From assembly GCA_951406725.2 (NCBI GenBank), contig OX597829.1:48298001-48362000 (forward strand): a stretch of 64,000 nucleotides of DNA, in the 5' to 3' direction. Position numbers and translations under genes: made by a program. The DNA comes from Octopus vulgaris. Its lineage: Eukaryota. The notes under the pieces were generated by a model. The model saw only the letters and a program-made list of their open reading frames with translations. It did no database searches and was not told the origin of the DNA. The stretch's first letter is position 1. Each line of letters starts with the position of its first letter. Positions 1-13,164 of the stretch are shown here, piece after piece.

Positions 1-657
1 AGGGATGTAGACAAACCAACACCAGTTGACAAGCAGAGGTGAGAGACAAACACAAGCACAATGATACACACACACACACATGTATCATAATCATCCTCAT
101 CATCATCATCATCATCATTATCACCATGTAATGTCTGTTTTCCATGCTGGCATGGGTTAGATGGTTTGATTGGAACTGGTAAGCTGGAGAGCTGCACCAG
201 GTTCCAGCCAAATTTGGCATGATTTCTACAGCTGGATGCCCTTCCTAACACCAACCATTCCAAGAGTGTAATGGGTACCTTTTATGTGCCAGTTTCACCA
301 CACTAGCATCAGTCATGATTAGGATTTCACTTGGCTTGACGGGTCTTCTCAAGCATGGCATATCGCCAGCCTAGTGGTTAGTCTGTTTCACTCACAATTG
401 CCAGACCATGAGATGGATTTCCCGACTGGGTAGCATGTTGTGTTCTTGAGCAAAATACTTCATTTCACATTGCTCCAGTCCCCCTTTCAGGGAATAAGTT
501 TGGTCTTCTCACCTAGCCAGCGGGGTGGTGTCATTTGAAGGCTAAAACAATGCAAAAGCACAATAGGCTATCAGATGATGTATAACAACATCTGATAGCC
601 TTGTCGGTCATGTGATCATGTGATATGTATATATATAGGAGTGGTTGTGTTTACAGC

Positions 658-830
658 TGCAGGAGTGGCTGTGTAGTAAGTAACTTGCTTACCAACCACA
701 TGGTTTCAGGTTCAGTCCCACTGTGTGACACCTTGGGCAAGTGTCTTCTACTATAGCCTCAGGCCGACCAGAACCTTGTGAGTGGATTTGGTAGACAGAA
801 ACTGAAAGATGTGTATCGTATATGTATGTA

Positions 831-899
<69 letters not shown>

Positions 900-909
900 G
901 TATGTGTGT

Positions 910-949
<40 letters not shown>

Positions 950-1160
950 ATGTATGTTTGTGTGTCTGCATTTGTCCCCCCATCATCGCTTGACAACCGA
1001 TGTTGGTGTGTTTATGTACCCCGTAATTTAGCAGTTCAGCAAAAAGAAACTGATAGAATAAGTACTGGGCTTACAAAGAATAAGTCCTGGGGTCAATTTG
1101 TTCAACTAAAGATGGTGCTCCAGCATGGCTGCAATTAAATGACTGAAACAAATAAAAGAA
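658..1160 (+). mobile_element. tRNA-derived SINE family A (internal CA/TA microsatellite, tail ..GACTGAAACAAGTAAAAGA)
   Basis: Head GCAGGAGTGGCTGTGTGGTAAG..GGTTCAGTCCC. Other copies: about 2424-2850(-), 4265-4545, 11423-11835, 12418-12827(-), 25079-25486(-), 30657-31050, 40162-40558, 47574-47969(-), 49944-50373(-), 50930-51297, 53725-54270, 57985-58500(-), 58955-59327. Confidence 0.9.
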
Positions 1161-1599
1161 TATATATATATATATATATATATATATCAAAAGGATGTGT
1201 TATAATATTATTCCATAGCCATACCAACAATCTGACATACCTCCATCATCAGCTGCAACACAGATATCATTATAATCTCGACACCTGGGCAGTACCATTC
1301 AATCCGACAGTATCAACAGTACTAAAATAAGTGTTGCTTGGGAGCAAAGAAACCACAACTTTCAAACAGATTTACTTATATATATATATAAACAGATGAG
1401 TGTATTTTTACCTTGTTAACAATTAACACGGAAAAAATAAATAAATAGTTACCAGGGCAGCAAAAATCTCACAAGTAAAGGTGTTGTAACTCCTTGTTTA
1501 TAAAGGTAGAAACTTCATGTTTACGTTGAATATTTTGAATAATATGAATAAAAAAAATATTTGATTACACCTGCGTTAACTCCATTTTTTATTCAAAAT

Positions 1600-2036
1600 A
1601 CACCAATCCGACCGTACGACAGGCACCCATGCCAACCCCCTTTGCTTGCGAAGACATGTTGGGGCAAGCGAAATCGAAATCGAAATCGAATTGAACCAGC
1701 CAGGATCCCTGGTCTGGTGGTACGTAAAAAGCACTATCCGACTCGTGGCCGATGCCAGCGCCGCCTCGACTGGCTTCCGTGCCGGTGGCACATAAAATGC
1801 ACCAATCCGACCGTGGCTGTTGCCAGCCTCGCCTGGCACCTGTGCAGGTGGCACGTAAAAAGCACCCACTACACTCACGGAGTGGTTGGCGTTAGGAAGG
1901 GCATCCAGCTGTAGAAACATTGCCAGATAAGACTGGAGCCTGGTGCAGCCTTCTGGCTTCCCAGATCCCCGGTTGAACCATCCAACCCATGCTAGCATGG
2001 AGAATGGACGTTAAACGATGATGATGATGATGATGA
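1600..2036 (+). mobile_element. RTE LINE 3' end (young copy)
   Basis: Same 3' UTR and (GAT)n tail as 10168-11403, nearly identical to 4567-4923. Other copies: about 84-345(-), 9200-9340(-), 9600-9890, 26683-26890(-), 29222-29870, 32207-32358(-), 34622-34854, 35578-35715(-), 45395-45663, 48640-48843. Confidence 0.88.
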
Positions 2037-2423
2037 TATATATATATGTCAGTAGGTTTCCATAACACAGTTTCCATCTCTCAAATTCACTCACAGGCCT
2101 TTAGTTGGTACAGGGCTACAGTTGAAGATACTTGCTGAAGATACCATGCAGTGGAACTAAACTGAAACTGCATTGCTGCACATTGAGCTTCTTCACTGCA
2201 TAACCATGGCTGTGGTTGCATTGTTGTTCTTCAGGAAGGTCTGGAATTCCGGTTTCATTTAGATTGCTTCTTGTTAGAGTGTTTATCAGGTCAGCTGATA
2301 ATGAAATTTGGCTAATTAGTTGAACACGCAACAAGTTTGTTAATTGCATGATCAACCTATATAGGAAGTAATAGAAATGGGTCCAGTTACAGGAAATTGA
2401 ATATGTTATACCATGTGCTCCTA

Positions 2424-2638
2424 CTCTTTACTCTTTACTCTTTTACTTGTTTCAGTCATTTGACTGCGGCCATGCTGGAGCACCGCCTTTAATCGAGCAA
2501 ATCGACCCCGGGACTTATTCTTTGTAAGCCCAGTACTTATTCTATCGTTCTCTTTTGCCGATCCATTAAGTGACAGGGACGTAAACACACCAGCATTGGT
2601 TGTCAAGCAATGCTGGGGGGACAAACACAGACACACAA

Positions 2639-2676
<38 letters not shown>

Positions 2677-2850
2677 GTATATACATATATACGACAGGCT
2701 TCTTTCAGTTTCCGTCTACCAAATCCACTCACAAGGCATTGGTCGGCCCGGGGCTATAGCAGAAGACACTTGCCCAAGATGCCACACAGTGGGACTGAAC
2801 CCGGAACCATGTGGTTGGTTAGAAAGCTACTTACCACACAGCCACTCCTA
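2424..2850 (-). mobile_element. SINE family A copy
   Basis: Reverse-oriented, nearly full copy with an (AGAGTAAA)n tail. Confidence 0.9.
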
Positions 2851-3099
2851 CTTGCACCTTTGTTAAAGAAGTGGTTAAGCATTTGTAGAGAGTAATCCTT
2901 CATGACAATTAGTGGTGGATATCTTCCTTGTAAAAGCTGTTAGAATGGAAATTATAGAATACAACAGCAAATTTATGACAAAGAACACCAGATTAAAAGG
3001 GAAGTTAATCAGTAGATTATAAAAAGTAATGCAAAACAAAACAGATGACTTTGATGCCAAATTGTGACAATTTTTATAAAGAGAAATAATATTTCTTTG

Positions 3100-3689
3100 T
3101 TTCATTCTCACTTTATTTCATTTTCGCTTTCGTACATTTTTGGTTTCTTTCATTCTTTTGTCCTTTTATTCTCTCATTCATTCTTTCTTTCATTCTTTTG
3201 TCCTTTTATTCTTTCTTTCATTCTTTTGTCCTTTTATTCTTTCTTTCATTCTTTTGTCCTTACTTTCTTTCTTTCTTTCATGCTTTTGTTCTTTCTTTCA
3301 TTCTTTTGTTCATACTTTCTTTCATTCTTTTTTCGTACTTTCATTCTTTTATCTTTTCAGTCTTTCATTCTTTCTTTCTTTCATTCTTTCTTTCATTCTT
3401 TTGTCCTTATTTTCTTTCTTTCTTTCTTTCATGCTTTTGTTCTTTCTTTCATTCATTCTTTCTTTCTTTCATTCTTCTGTTCTTTTGTCCTTTCATTCTT
3501 TCAGTCTTTCTTTCATTCTTTTGTCCTTTCATTCTTTATTTATTTATTTACATTATCTACATTTGACGGATATTTGTCCTCATCTTGTTTATTGTTAACA
3601 CAATGCTTTGGCTGATATACCCTCCAGCCTTCATCAAGTGTCTTGGGTAAATTTTGAACCTGGGTTCTCATTCCTAAGCTATTTTTTTA

Positions 3690-3747
<58 letters not shown>

Positions 3748-4200
3748 GCCATTATTCATTCACTGCTTGGAATGCTTTTCTTCTTTTGTTCTTTGTTTCA
3801 TTCTTTCGAGTTTTTTCATTCTTTCATTCATTCATTCTTTTGCCATTTCATTCATTCATTCATGCTTTCATTCTTTTGTCCTTTCATTCTTTTATCTTTT
3901 TCATTCTTTCATTCTTTCATTTTTTCATCCTTTCATTTATTCTTTCATTCTTTTGTCCTTTCATTCTTTTGTTCTTTCTCTCATTCATTCTTTCATTCTT
4001 TTGTTCTTTCTTTCATTTTTCATTCTTTCTTTCTTTCATTCTTTTGTCCTTTCATTTATTCATTCTTTCGTTCTTTCATTCTTTCTTTCTTTCATTCTTT
4101 TGTCCTTTCATTCATTCATTCTTTCGTTCTTTCATTCTTTCAATTTTTTGTTCTTTCTTTCATTTTTCGTTCTTTCTTTCTATCATTCTTTCCTTTTCGA
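3100..4200. repeat. Degenerate (TTTC/TTCA)n pyrimidine-rich low-complexity tract
   Basis: Seen directly; interrupted by the hammerhead-element copy at about 3545-3745. Confidence 0.95.
3545..3745 (-). mobile_element. Second copy of the hammerhead-bearing element (decayed ribozyme at 3597-3642, head missing)
   Basis: The reverse complement reads AATGAGAACCCAGGTTCAAAATTT..GACAC TTGATGA A GGCTG GAGGGTATAT CAGCC AAAG CATT GTGTTAAC..AAACAAGATGAGGACAAATATCC, collinear with 13267-13390. Confidence 0.7.
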
Positions 4201-4566
4201 AATTCATTGCATGCGTGAATGTGAACGATTTCATTTCATGCTTGCATTCGTGTACACTTATGTTTGGCTAAGTGGTTAAGAAATTTGCTTCTCAGGTATA
4301 TCAATTTCAGGTTCAGTCCCCCTGCATGGTACCTTGGTCAAGTGTCTTCTACTATAGCACCAAGCCAACAAATGCCTTGTCAGTGAATTTAGTAGACAGA
4401 AACTTGACGTAAGCCTGTCATATGTGCGCATGAATGTGTATGAGTATGTATGTGTGCCTATTTGTTTTCCACCTCATAATCAGCATTGATTTGTTTATGG
4501 TTTTGCAACTTACCAGTTCCAAAAAAGAACCTGATAGAACTTCTGCTGATTAATAATACATATACA

Positions 4567-4923
4567 TCGAAATCGAATTAAACCAGCCAGGATCCCTGGT
4601 CTGGTGGTACGTAAAAAGCACTATCCGACTCGTGGCTGATGCCAGCGCCGCCTCGACTGGCTTCCGTGCCGGTGGCACATAAAATACACCAATCCGACCG
4701 TGGCCGTTGCCAGCCTCGCCTGGCACCTGTGCAGGTGGCACGTAAAAAGCACCCACTACACTCACGGAGTGGTTGGCGTTAGGAAGGGCATCCAGCTGTA
4801 GAAACACTGCCAGATAAGACTGGAGCCTGGTGCAGCCTTCTGGCTTCCCAGATCCCTGGTCGAACCGTCCAACCCATGCTAGCATGGAGAACGGACGTTA
4901 AACGATGATGATGATGATGATGA
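4567..4923 (+). mobile_element. RTE LINE 3' end (young copy)
   Basis: Near-identical to about 1680-2036, with CpGs retained and a (GAT)n tail. Confidence 0.88.
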
Positions 4924-4925
4924 TA

Positions 4926-5692
4926 CAGTAATCCCTCAACTATTGCAGGTGTTATGTTACAAAACACACTGCAATAGGTGAAAATCTGCGAAGTAGAAAC
5001 AGTACTGTACTGTATATTTTTAAAAATTATTTTTATAATTTGTTTATATACATTTTATTATAAATGCAAAATGACACCATACACCCACCTCCTGAGTTTC
5101 TTTTCTCGTACAGTATGTGTGATTCTTTGTTTATTCATCTATGGTACACCTATTTTCTTTTAATATATTTTAATTAACGTGTTATACAGTGCTGTATAGT
5201 ACTGTGGGGTAGAAAGGGCTCCTTAGCCGTAGTGAAGGCAATCTATCTAGGGAGATAACCTTACAATAAATCACTCGGCTCGTAGCTTAGAAATACTGGG
5301 TTGATGTCCAGCAGGAACAGCTTTGTTTCATGGAGGAGGAAAGATCTTCTTTAGTACTTGGTTGTACAATGCTTTCCAATGTGTGTAGTAGTGGCGCGCG
5401 CACACATTATTAGCCATTTGAAAAGACTATGGAGTCTCGACCACGGTCGAACAATGATGATCAATGATGATAGTACTGTATTTTTATTTATTAATTTATT
5501 AATTTTCAGGTGTGAAAATGCTTATTTTACCATAGAAATAATTAAAATTGAAAAAAATATAAATACCTATTGGCTGTAGAAATCCGCTTTATACTGAGGA
5601 GTCTGTGATATAAATTTACATGTATTAGCCATAAAAATCCACGGTGTACTGAGGGTGCGATAGGTGAACCGTGATATGACAAATGATTGCTG
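4926..5692. mobile_element. pogo/Tigger-like non-autonomous DNA transposon
   Basis: Left end TA-CAGTAATCCCTC.. and degenerate right end ..ATGATTGCTG-TA. Confidence 0.55.
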
Positions 5693-5694
5693 TA

Positions 5695-6538
5695 TAAAGT
5701 ATTCAGGTTAAATTTGACAATTTGCATGAAAGAAAAAAAAAGTACAATAGCCATTCCAAAGTTTACTCAAAGTTTACTCAAAGTAGTTGCCCCCAGCTTC
5801 TGCTATAGCCTCAAAATGGTTCTGGAATATGGTGTACGTATCCCTCACTGCCTCCCTGGGAAGATCTTTGAATACCTCCTTGATCATGGTCATCAGCTCA
5901 GCCTTGGTGTTAAAGGTCGAGTGGTTCATGTCTTTCTCAACTGCACCCCACACATAGTAAATCCACGAGGGAATATAACTGGAGAAATTAAGAAGCCAGA
6001 AATTGAGGCTGGTGAAGTTGTTGAAATTCTTTGACAACAACTTCTGACTCTTCCCTGCAGTATGGCAAGGATCCGAATCTTGCTGCCAAACATATGTCCC
6101 TCCAGCAGCAACCTTCTCCAGCCAAGGTTTCTCAGCAGCCTCCAGCAGCATCATATAACTGTCTGAATTGAGCTTCAGGCCCTGTTCAAAGCAGTGGGCT
6201 GGCATCACATCATCCTCACTGGAAACATACCCAAGGACCATCGCAGTTTGGGATAACTTCATTTCCATCATGTTCATGTCATGTCTTAGAGTGTTCACGG
6301 AACATTCGGTAGCAGTCATGATGTTGGTAGTTTGCTACATGGCATGAATCATCTTGATGCAGGTAACTCTTTTCCAATATTCAGATGTCTTGCGGCCCTC
6401 TATGTCAGCTAACTTTTCCTCAGCTACAAATGTAAATGTTTATGCTCTCCAACGCCACTGACTGTTCACCAATGCATCAAGTAGTTCCTGCCAAAAAAGG
6501 AGACACAAAAACCATCAAATCTAGCTCAAAAACCTTGT
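5695..6538 (-). mobile_element. Tc1/mariner superfamily (maT/DD37D-like) transposase fossil
   Basis: ORF 5774-6319 contains MVLGYVSSE..VWQQDSDPCH..YYVWGAVEK..AEAGGNYFE, resembling the catalytic C-terminal half. The N-terminus is deleted and the TIRs are degenerate, so the boundaries are approximate. Confidence 0.8.
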
Positions 6539-6759
6539 GCGTGTGTATGTATGTATGTGTGTGTGTGTGTATCAAAATAAGCAACAGGATATCCAGAGGT
6601 GATGCAGTCCAACCGTTTCAAGTGGTTCCATTTAATTGATTTAATTAATTTATTTTGATTTTTATTCACCTTATTTTGAGTTGTATGAATAATACTGCAC
6701 TAATCCTTGGTGCTTCAACTTAAGTACCTAATTTAACTGAATCTCAGTTATACATATAT

Positions 6760-7040
6760 ATATATGTATGTATGTAGGTGTGTATGTATGTATGTGTATG
6801 TATGTATGCATGTATGTATGTATGTATGTTTGTATGTATGTATGTATGTATGTATGTATGTATGTGTATGTATGTGTGTGTATGTATGTATGTATGTATG
6901 TATGTATGTATGTATGTATGTATGTATGTATGTATGTATGTATGTATGTATGTATGTATGTATGTATGCATGCATGCATGCATGCATGTATGTATGTATA
7001 TATATAAATATGTATGTGTGTGTGTGTGTGTATATATATA
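6760..7040. repeat. (TATG)n microsatellite
   Basis: Seen directly. Confidence 0.97.
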
Positions 7041-7254
7041 TCAGTTTTATTTGGATATAAACTTTAAAGTTTACTTTTTAAGCTTATCAATTGGTACAAG
7101 TAATCAGAGTTTGATTTTTTACAAATCATATTTCTGAAACTCCGCAATATCTGTAAAATTAATATAATTATTAAGAAGGATTGAAGAGTAAGGAAATTGT
7201 TTTATTACATAAATTTACACTTATTTCAGTCACTTGTGAACTCAAGAGTACTGC

Positions 7255-7698
<444 letters not shown>

Positions 7699-7699
7699 T

Positions 7700-8180
7700 T
7701 CTTCAAATTTTCTTCCATTTCCCGCCAAGTATTTTCCATACACCTAGGGCAGAGAAGCTCATTGTATGCATTCCCAGATTACACACGCAAATTCACAGGT
7801 AAAATATGTATTAAAAAAAAATTAATAAATAAATAAATTCATGAATGGATATTGTTTTTACAGCAATATTGCTCTTCTCAGTAAATGAGTCATTCCAGTT
7901 AACACGATTTTTTGCACTTCCTGTAGGGATGGTAAGCCTGGAATCATTTTCAAATAGGTTTCAGTACCTTTTTTTATCAGTCCTAGAGATCCTACAATCA
8001 CTGGTACTGTAGTCACCTTGAGATGCCAAATTTTTCAATTTCTATTAGCAAGTCTTTATATTTATTGATCTTGTCAAATTCTTTTGCAGCTATATTGTGA
8101 TCGCAAGGAATACTCATGTCAATTAATAAACACACCTTTTTTGACTGATCTTTTATGATAACATCCAGTTTATTAGCTGC
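7700..8180 (-). mobile_element. R4/Dong-clade LINE 3' fragment (restriction-like endonuclease domain) in (TAA)n
   Basis: Minus-strand peptide NKLDVIIKDQSKKVCLLIDMSIPCDHNIAAKEFDKINKYKDL..TVPVIVGSLG..QKIVLTG fits the PD..D...K..KY pattern of this domain. Embedded in TAA microsatellite, the known Dong target. Confidence 0.82.
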
Positions 8181-8191
8181 CTTAGATAATG

Positions 8192-8273
<82 letters not shown>

Positions 8274-8302
8274 CAATAATAATAAACCGGATATTATTAT
8301 TA

Positions 8303-8351
<49 letters not shown>

Positions 8352-8569
8352 CTAAGGCAGCGACCTGGCAGAATTGTTAGCATGGCAGGCAAAATACTTC
8401 ATGGCATTTAGTTCATCTGTATGTTCTGAGTTCAAATTCTGCCGAGGTCGACTTTGCCTTTCCTCCTTTCGGGGTTGATAAATTAAGTACCAGTTGTGTA
8501 CTGGAATCGAACTAAGTTACTGGCCCCCTTCCCACCAAAATTTCAGGCCTTGTGCCCATAATAAAAAGG

Positions 8570-8678
<109 letters not shown>

Positions 8679-9551
8679 GATATATGCATCTATACACTCA
8701 AGAGGTATCATTAAATCAATGCATTCATATTTCAGTTCAAAAATCTATGCCTGAGATGTCTATTGTATTAAAGATTAATTAAAAACACAAACTATTATCT
8801 AACCATAAAATTTACGCATTTTCTGGGAACAGAAAATGATATTATCTTCTGACTTATTCCATTATTCTATGTTCATGCTTTCGTCTCTTATCATTTGCAC
8901 TGAATGGGGTGAGGTGAAATTGTGATTGATTCTGCATTCGTTATTTTTTATTTCTTCATTTTACTAATGATATGCAAATGTATTCATATAACCATATTGG
9001 CTACTGGTATAAATTCATGATAAATTCATGATAATGCCAGTTTTCTGTAGCAAATGTTTATATACAAGATTCTGATGAGCTGGCATATATTGATATAATG
9101 ATACACCTTGAGTCTGTAGTTGCGTATACCATATAATAATCTAGCAATACTCTTGAGAATGAATGCCAGAGAAGCAACTGGAAATTAAAGCAATATGTGT
9201 GAGACAGTTTGACTGGAACTGGTAAACCAGATAGCTGCACCAGGCTCCAGTTCTATGTTTTGGCATAGCTTCTATGGCTGAATGTCCTTCACAACAACCA
9301 ACTGCTTTACAGAGTGTACTGGGTGCTTTTTATGTGACACCAGATAAATAAATCAAAACAGGAAAATGGAAAATTTTGTGATATTATTTATTTACCATTA
9401 CACATGTTTCATTTGCTAATTGGAGTTACAAAAGTGTAGGTGTAGTAGCAAACATATAAGATATCTCCTATTAGAAATTTTTCAGAAAGAGAATCAAATG
9501 AGTTGATGTTCTTCAAGAGACACAGCTTGGATTTTAATTCTATCCTCATAA

Positions 9552-9582
<31 letters not shown>

Positions 9583-10167
9583 ATCAATATATAAATATAT
9601 GTAAAAAGCACCATCCAATCGTGGCCGTTGCCAGCCTCACCTGGCCTCCGTGCCGGTGGCATGTATAAAGCACCATCTGATCGTGGCCATTTGTCAGCCT
9701 CGTCTGGCATGTAAAAAGCACCCACTACACTCATGGAGTGGTTGTCGTTAGGAAGGGCATCCAGCCGTAGAAACATTGCCAGATCAGACTGGGATTGGTG
9801 GAGCCTTCTGGCTTCCCAGACTCCAGTTGAACCGTCCAACCCATGCTAGCATGGAAAGCGGACGCTAAACAATGATGATGAGGATGATGACATACACACA
9901 TACATATATGTGTGTGATTATAGACACATGCATATATGTACATAAGTATATATACATATATATATATAAGCATATGTACTCATGTTTTGAGTTTTGTTTA
10001 TGTTATTTATGTGTTTTTATTGTCAAACCTATGTAGATATCCATTGGAGAAGACGTGGTCTGACATGGAACAAACAGAAAAACTGAAATATAGGCATTCT
10101 GTTGTGAAAATTACCTGGCAATGACAGGATACTCAGCTAGTATATATATATATATATATATATACAT

Positions 10168-11403
10168 ATGTACCCAATGTAAGCTATGGACACATAAGAG
10201 GTGCAACAACATCAAAAGATTAACCGGGAAAATAGCTTTCATGTGCAGCAGATGCACAGGGGCAATAAACACCACATATGCTCAGAAAACAGACTCCATC
10301 ACATGCCAGGGGGAGAAACTAGAAGTAGTTGATAGCTTCCGCTACTTAGGTGACCAAGTCTGTCGTGGAGGGTGTGTGGATGCTCAGAGAGTGCTACCAC
10401 TAGAATAAGAATAGCCTGGGCAAAGTTCAGAAAGCTTCTACCCCTACTGGTGGCAAAGGGCTTCTCACTCAGAGTGAAAGGTAGATTGTATGATGCATGT
10501 GTGCAAACTGCCATGCTTCATGATAGTGAAACATGGGCCGCGACTGCGGAGGATATGCGTAGGCTTGAAAGAAATGAAGCTAGCATGATCCGCTGGATGT
10601 GTAATGTCAGTGTACATACATGACAGAGTGCAAGGACCAGAGAGAAATGTTAGACATAAGAAGCATCAGATGTGGCGTGCAAGAGAGATGTTTGCGTTGG
10701 TATGGTCATGTACTACGGATGGACGAGGAGAGCTGTATGAAGAAGTGCCACTCCCAAACAGTGGAAGGAAACCAAGGTAGAGGGAGACCCAGGAAGACAT
10801 GGGATGAGGTGGTGAAGCATGACCTTTGAATGTTGGGCCTCACAGAGGCAATGACAGAAGACTTAGACCGCTGGAGGTATGCTGTGACTGAGAAGACCCG
10901 ACAAATAAAGTGAGTCCACAGCTGTAACCTACACCAGTGTCACATAACCAGCCCACTCAAAAGTACCTTGGATCGTAGGGCGACATGCTGTGCTTGAAGA
11001 AACCTATTGAGTCAAGTACATCAACATCAACATCAGCAATATCAAAATCAAATCAAATGGAAATTGTAGTTGTGAGCCATGTGCCGGTAGCATGTAAAAA
11101 CCACTATCTGAACGTTACCAATGCCAGTGCCGCTTTGATTGGCTTCTGTGCCGGTAGCACATAAAAAGCATCATCCAATCATGGTCGATGCCAGCTCCTC
11201 TGGCCCCTGTGCCAGTGGCACATAAAAAGCAGCCACTTCTCTCTCAGAGTGGTTGGCGTTAGAAAGGGCATCCAGCTGTAGAAACACTGTCAGATCAGAT
11301 TGGGGCCTGATGCATCCTCCTGGCTTCCCAGACTCCAGTCAAACCATCCAACCCATGTCAGCATAGAAAACAGACATTAAACGATGATGATGATGATGAT
11401 GAT
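10168..11403 (+). mobile_element. 5'-truncated RTE-clade LINE (ORF C-terminus, 3' UTR and (GAT)n tail)
   Basis: Frameshifted ORF pieces LEVVDSFRYLG, RIRIAWAKFRKL, ETWA, LRWYGHVLRM and RGRPRKTW, then a 3' UTR with subrepeats, GGTTGGCGTTAGAAAGGGCATCCAGC and (GAT)n. Confidence 0.9.
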
Positions 11404-11856
11404 GGATATATATATATATATAGGCGCAGGAGTGGCTGTGTGGTAAGTAGCTTGCTTACTAACCACATGGTTCCGGGTTCAGTCCCACTGCGTGGCATCT
11501 TGGGCAAGTGCCTTCTGCTATAGCCCCGGGCCGACCAATGCCTTGTGAGTAGATTTGGTAGATGGAAACTGAAAGATGCCTGTCGTATATATGTATATAT
11601 ATATATATGTATGTGTGTGTATATGTTTGTGTGTCTGTGTTTGTCCCCCTAGCATTGCTTGACAACCGATGCTGGTGTGTTTACATCCCTGTCACTTAGC
11701 GGTTCGTCAAAAGAGACTGATAGAATAAGTACTAGGCTTACAAAGAATAAGTCCCGGGGTCGATTTGCTCGACTAAAGGCGGTGCTCCAGCATGGCCACA
11801 GTCAAATGACTGAAACAAGTAAAGGAGTAAAGAGAGATTATATATATATATATATT

Positions 11857-11905
<49 letters not shown>

Positions 11906-12840
11906 AGTGTATTGCCATTCAGGAAAAAATATAAGAGAATTAGTTTTGGTGTCTGAAATTGCACCTGAATCTCAAACCGCAGTCGTTTTTAAACTTATTC
12001 AAATACCAAACCAGTTTTGACAATTTTTTGCTCATCAATGGTGAAAAAAATAAATAAATATAGGGTTTAGTACAGTTTAAAGTTACATGATAAAGTTCAG
12101 AAAAAACATGTTTAAATGATCAAATGTTCACAGAAATTTCAATGAGTTTCACAGAGACAGACAGTTTAAAAGTTTAAAATGTTCATTGAAGATCATAACA
12201 AATATACATGATTGGAAATTCAGTTATACTGAATTTTTTTTTTTAAAAAAAAGGTAGAAAGGGAAAAAGATAAAGATAAAGAAAAAAATGTTTTTTTTAC
12301 AATTTCTGTCATGATATATGAAGGAGTTCTTCCTCAATTTCAGTCATAGTACATGAGTCCCTTCATGTTGGTCGCTTGTTAGAGTTTGAAATGTTATAAG
12401 TAAAAAATTGTTTGGTATCTCTTTTACTCTTTTACTCTTTTACTTGTTTCAGTCATTTGACTGTGGCCATGCTGGAGCACCGCCTTCAATCGAGCCACTT
12501 GACCCCAGGACTTATTCTTTTGTAAGTCCAGTCTTTATTCTATCGGTTGTCTTTTGCCGAACCGCTAAGTGACGGGGACATAAACACACCAGAATCGGTT
12601 GTCAAGCAATGCTAGGGGTACAAACACAGACACATAAACACATACACGCATATATATATATATACGATGGGTTTCTTTCAGTTTCCATCTACCAAATCCA
12701 CTCACAAGGCTTTGGTCGGCCCGAGGCTATAATAGAAGACACTTGCCCAAGGTGCCACGCAGTGGGACTGAACCCGGAACCATGTGGTTGGTAAACAAGC
12801 TACTTACCACACAGCCACTCCTGCGCCTATGTATATATAT

Positions 12841-12891
12841 TTCAAACCTGGGTTCTCATTCCTAAGGTATTTTTCAATGTTGTTGTTGTTG

Positions 12892-12958
<67 letters not shown>

Positions 12959-13030
12959 CATTATTCAGGTCACTGCCAGGAATCGAACTCGGAATCTTGG
13001 GGTTAGAAGCCCGCGCTCTTAGCCATTACA
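12841..13030 (-). mobile_element. 3'-truncated copy of the same element (tRNA-Arg(TCT)-like head plus (AAT)n linker)
   Basis: The reverse complement reads GTAATGGCTAAGAGCGCGGGCTTCTAACCCCAAGATTCCGAGTTCGATTCCTGGCAGTGAC, then (AAT)n, then GAATGAGAACCCAGGTTTGAA. It stops just before the hammerhead. Confidence 0.7.
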
Positions 13031-13164
13031 TTCATCGACGGTAAAAAAATAAATAAATAAATATAGGGTTTAGGACAGTTGAAAGTTACATGGTAAAATT
13101 CAGAAAAACATGTTTAAATGATCAAATGTTCAAATATTTACAGAAATTTCAATGAGTTTCACAT

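Noticed and set aside
1190-1260. CTGATGA on the minus strand
   Set aside because: No GAAA partner before the sequence runs into (TA)n.
1561-1998. 117-140 aa ORFs repeated at several loci
   Set aside because: They are readings of the RTE 3' UTR repeat, not host genes.
3064-4279. Phe/Ser/Leu-rich membrane-protein-like ORFs
   Set aside because: Artefacts of the (TTTC/TTCA)n low-complexity tract.
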